From assembly GCA_041746575.1 (NCBI GenBank), contig JBGTGT010000028.1, positions 20,523-84,522 on the forward strand: 64,000 nt of DNA, read 5' to 3'. Of this stretch, positions 60,639-64,000 are shown one piece after another (the stretch's first letter is position 1; every line of letters starts with the position of its first letter). The stretch is from Microcystaceae cyanobacterium. GTDB taxonomy: Bacteria > Cyanobacteriota > Cyanobacteriia > Cyanobacteriales > Microcystaceae. The notes under the pieces were generated by a model, which saw only the letters and a list, made by a program, of their open reading frames with translations, was not told the origin of the DNA and searched no databases. The position numbers were made by a program, and so were the translations under genes.

Positions 60639-61643
60639 TTACGGATTGAGCAAACAACGAAGCAAACTCCCTATACCCAAAAATCCAACGCTCAGCACTC
60701 CTAACACAGGATTGGATTCAGGAATGCCTAACGCTCGAAATGCCGTTTTCCCGATAATACGATGAGCGGCAGACGTCGGATGTTGTCCATCCCAAAAAAG
60801 ATACTGATCGGGATTCGCGCAAGCGGTATTAGTGGCTAAAAAATAACAAGAATCCGTCACATTCGTAAAACCATATTCACTAGGATTCGCCATCACTCGA
60901 TTGAGTAACGTATAAGTATCGACAGGAATAATTTTGACATCAGAAGGAACAGCAGAAAATAAAGAATTTAAGCCCATATTATGAGCCAATGTAACATTAT
61001 TGAGACAATCCGAATCAAACTGAATGCCCATCGGGCAAAATCCGTCTAATGAGCCACGGGTACGGGGTAAAGTGCCTAAAGGGGGTAAGTTGATCACCAT
61101 GATATTTTTAGCCCCTACGCCAATTAAAGTGGTGAGAGCCGATTGAATATTATTTAGAGTAGTCGTTGGGTTGTCATAGGGCATAAAAGTACTGGTATCG
61201 GTAGGTGGATAATCGTTTGCCCCTATCCACAAAATAAACAAATCATTGGCTGCCACGTTGGGACTACTACCTAAGAATAAACCCAATTCTTGCGTTAATC
61301 CAGGTAAGCCAGGGGCAAGACCATCCAGTACATTGCGATCGCCAGAGGTTGCCCCACCAAAAGAAAAATCCCTAACCGGAATATTCAAACGATTCGCCAA
61401 ATAATCAAGATAATTTTCTCCATTAGAAAAGCGTCCATTAAAATATTGCCCTGTCGGTGGGCCCGGTGGAATTGCACCCCCTGTTACCATAAAGGTATTC
61501 CCTCTATCGGTTAAACTGTCGCCGATGCTATAAATTTGACGATAGGGAGAAGCGGCAGCAGCCGTCGGCATAAAACGTTTGGGAACGACAGGATTGAATA
61601 ATAAAAAGCTAAAAATTGCGCTGTGCCAAATCAAGTTTTTCAT
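60639..61643 (-). CDS. SGNH/GDSL hydrolase with PEP-CTERM-like sorting signal
   Basis: GDSLTD, GRFSNG, IGAND and FWDGQHPT; C-terminal IPE plus TM helix. Confidence 0.88.
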   Translation of the reverse strand: MKNLIWHSAIFSFLLFNPVVPKRFMPTAAAASPYRQIYSIGDSLTDRGNTFMVTGGAIPPGPPTGQYFNGRFSNGENYLDYLANRLNIPVRDFSFGGATSGDRNVLDGLAPGLPGLTQELGLFLGSSPNVAANDLFILWIGANDYPPTDTSTFMPYDNPTTTLNNIQSALTTLIGVGAKNIMVINLPPLGTLPRTRGSLDGFCPMGIQFDSDCLNNVTLAHNMGLNSLFSAVPSDVKIIPVDTYTLLNRVMANPSEYGFTNVTDSCYFLATNTACANPDQYLFWDGQHPTSAAHRIIGKTAFRALGIPESNPVLGVLSVGFLGIGSLLRCLLNP

Positions 61644-61844
61644 GAGATACCTTTCAACAGTTTTGGTTAAAATAAATAGACAAAAATCTTTTGCTCGTTG
61701 CCACTTAGATTTTGCCTTTTTCTTATTTTAGGCTTAATTGTCCCCTACAACAGTTTATCCCCAAATAACTTGCCAAATTCGATGACGGTATTGTTCTAAG
61801 TCTTCGTAAGTATTTTCATTATCCATTTTGCTTAAATAGGGTGG

Positions 61845-62566
61845 TTAGACAGACTTTTGTAGATGTTTGCGGAAGAATTTCATAAGCTCGTGCCATGAGT
61901 CTTCGGCTGCCAAACGGTTGTAAGAAGAACGCTCTTGGCAGAAAAAACCATGATCAGCATCAGGATAAACCTTCAATAGGTACTCCTTGCTCAGATCTTT
62001 GAACCGAGACTCGATTTGCTGAACGCGTTCAAGTGAAATGAAGGATCAACCCCCCCATAAAATAAATATACAGGTACCCTAATCTTGGTCATTGCCTCAA
62101 TCCACTCATCTAGAATCACCCCATAAAAGGAAGCCGCCGCCGTAATTTCGTTTGACAACTGGCAAGCCGAAAGAAAGGTTAAGCCACCGCCTAAGCAGAA
62201 TCCAGTCACCCCAACTCGCTCTAACAATACATCAGGTTGGGATTTCACATGAGCGATCACTGCTCTAATATCCTCCTCCATTGGCATACCAAAATCGAGG
62301 CGGTACATCATCTCCCTCGCTTGCTCAACCTCGTCATATCCAAACTTGTTGTGGGGCAACTCACGATAGTACAAATCTGGCGCAAGAACGACGTAGCCTT
62401 CGTTAGCGATTCGGGTTGCCACATCTCTGATATGGGGCGTTAAGCCGAATGCTTCCATCAAAAGAATCACGGTGGGCTTTTGTCCATGCTCAGGAGACTT
62501 GTACAAGAATGCAGGCATTCGCCCATCAGGCGTAGAAATTATTACTTCTGTCTCTTCGATTTTCAT
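61845..62566 (-). pseudogene. Dienelactone hydrolase family gene with a 1-nt deletion frameshift
   Basis: EAFGL, APDLY and GFCLGG in the first frame. After GGVDP (~62041) the homology continues in another frame: ISLERVQQ...VYPDADHGFFCQERSSYNRLAAEDSWHELMKFFRKHL, ending at TAA 61845-61847. Confidence 0.85.
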
Positions 62567-62745
62567 GTTATCGCTCCCTGTCTATTTGACTTGCCTACTA
62601 TTTTAAAACAGTTAATCACCTGTCTTTAACTCGCATGAAAACGCGTCGCTGACTCAGCGACAACTGAAATACCCTCAGCCATTTTGTATCTACACAAGCA
62701 GAATTCGACGATCTGCTCCAAGAACTTCCAAAAACATAGACTTCT

Positions 62746-63273
62746 TTAATGCCGAATCGAAGAAGCCGTTTCAGAAGCAGAAGCAATAGTACGGCGAGAA
62801 TAACCCTTCGGAGTTTCCCGCAATACCGAGAACAAAAGTGCGCTAAATCCAATCAAATGCAAGACAAATCGGATTGCATGAGAGTACTCCCACTGGTTTC
62901 GTACCTGCATCCAGTCTGTTGGCAGAAATCCAACAGTCCATTGCTCAACTTGAGCATTCATCGGTGCAATAAATCCAAGCCAAACGACAAAGAAAGCGAT
63001 CGCCAAACAAATCGCAGCAGCTAGGGTTAGACGAAAAGCGGGACGATGCTTACGCACGAGGAATAACAACAGAATTGTCGAGAAAATAGCCCCCAACTCA
63101 ATAATTGCGCCTAGTGGGAAAGCGAAGACCCAATATAAACTTTTATTAACCGTCGCCCAAAGTTGACCCTCATAAAGCATTTTGGCTGGCAATTCCATCG
63201 TGTGGCAGAGCGTTGTTCCCATCAGGAAGGCGGTGAAAAGAAGCGTAATGAAACGTACTGTCCGGAGAGACAT
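62746..63273 (-). CDS. DUF1772 (anthrone oxygenase-like) membrane protein
   Basis: Four TM helices; HTMELP, PMN...W...DW...RNQWEYSHAIR. Confidence 0.78.
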   Translation of the reverse strand: MSLRTVRFITLLFTAFLMGTTLCHTMELPAKMLYEGQLWATVNKSLYWVFAFPLGAIIELGAIFSTILLLFLVRKHRPAFRLTLAAAICLAIAFFVVWLGFIAPMNAQVEQWTVGFLPTDWMQVRNQWEYSHAIRFVLHLIGFSALLFSVLRETPKGYSRRTIASASETASSIRH

Positions 63274-63426
63274 CGGATTACCTCTTGCGGTACTACTTAG
63301 ATAAATCTAGTTACAAGACTCCTTCATACTGCTTGACGTGTAGAAGTATCGCTACTACCTTTGGCAGTAATTTTGCGACCGCCCTTAATTACAGCAAACT
63401 GCAAGTTAATATCATACACCTCGGCG

Positions 63427-63696
63427 TTAAATCAATTGAATTGAGCCTGAATCTTCTTCAGCGAAGGCAGTTTGCCCTAAACTTTGCCATCCTGATTGCC
63501 AGAGGGCAGTATCTTTCAGTTGTCGGGCATTGAGCCAAAAGCGAACCGTGGGATCGCAAGAAGCAACCATTTCTGCAAATATCCATTTGCCTTCATTTTT
63601 ACGGTTAACAACTTGGAAATGCCGCCATCCCCAAGTTTTTTGCTTTGATGTCCACTTAGACCCTAATAGATAGGGAAATTTTTGCTTCTTTGTCAT
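63427..63696 (-). CDS. TIGR02450-family Trp-rich protein
   Basis: LLGSKWT...GWRHFQVV...RFWLNARQLKD...WQSGW. Confidence 0.85.
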   Translation of the reverse strand: MTKKQKFPYLLGSKWTSKQKTWGWRHFQVVNRKNEGKWIFAEMVASCDPTVRFWLNARQLKDTALWQSGWQSLGQTAFAEEDSGSIQLI

Positions 63697-64000
63697 GACG
63701 ACTATCTTAATGTCAGAATTAAGGACAAGCTGGGTAATACCTCATAAAGTCAATAAAGGGTACAGTATCCAAGCTAATGACTTTGTTTTCGTTTTATACC
63801 TCTATTTTAGCTTGAGTTCTAATCTAACAGGATTCTGAAGAATTCACGAGTCGCTGCTCAAGCTCTACAGTTGTAGATAGAATAAAGGAGTAAAAGTAAG
63901 CCCAGGAAGGGATGAAACAAGAATCTCTGAATTTGTTTCTTAGTGGAGAGGAGCTAGAAGCTCTGTGCCTATGGAGTAATAGCCTTAAATCATTCCAGCA

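Larger units (their letters stand above)
2722..63003. repeat. Dispersed HIP1 octamer GCGATCGC
   Basis: Roughly 30 copies seen by eye (e.g. 2722, 3682, 58581), whereas less than one is expected by chance at about 40% GC. Confidence 0.9.

Noticed and set aside
63912..64000. Open frame MKQESLNLFLSGEELEAL... running off the window
   Set aside because: Only 29 codons are visible and no motif is recognisable; cannot be supported.

Overview
Chromosomal window of a unicellular (Chroococcales-like) cyanobacterium, judged from abundant HIP1 GCGATCGC octamers and Synechocystis-like gene content. It is mostly housekeeping and metabolic genes: photolyase (partial), nrdA, phaAB, ftsH, hemB, hisC, era, gatB, ispD, natA/natC, prlC, miaA, ruvA and spp. 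It also has signalling and motility genes (PAS/GAF-GGDEF cyclase, His-less DICT kinase, Hpt-less CheA/PilL-C, a pilin, a MshEN-like protein) and a NACHT-HEAT repeat protein. Features missing from the ORF track are a 6S RNA gene (~44650-44833), tandem NrdR boxes upstream of nrdA, a palindromic NtcA-type site, four pseudogenes (DUF29, Phd/YefM antitoxin, secreted YbaY-domain protein, dienelactone hydrolase), REP-like palindromes and a 55-aa small ORF. I see no transposase, integrase, cas gene, tRNA or rRNA, and no demonstrably novel multi-gene system. The best leads are an exact 36-bp repeat / 37-bp spacer / 36-bp repeat unit directly upstream of the NACHT-HEAT gene, that NLR-like gene itself, and a nested-stem candidate ncRNA at ~21732-21834. 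All family assignments are motif recognition by eye; no searches were run.
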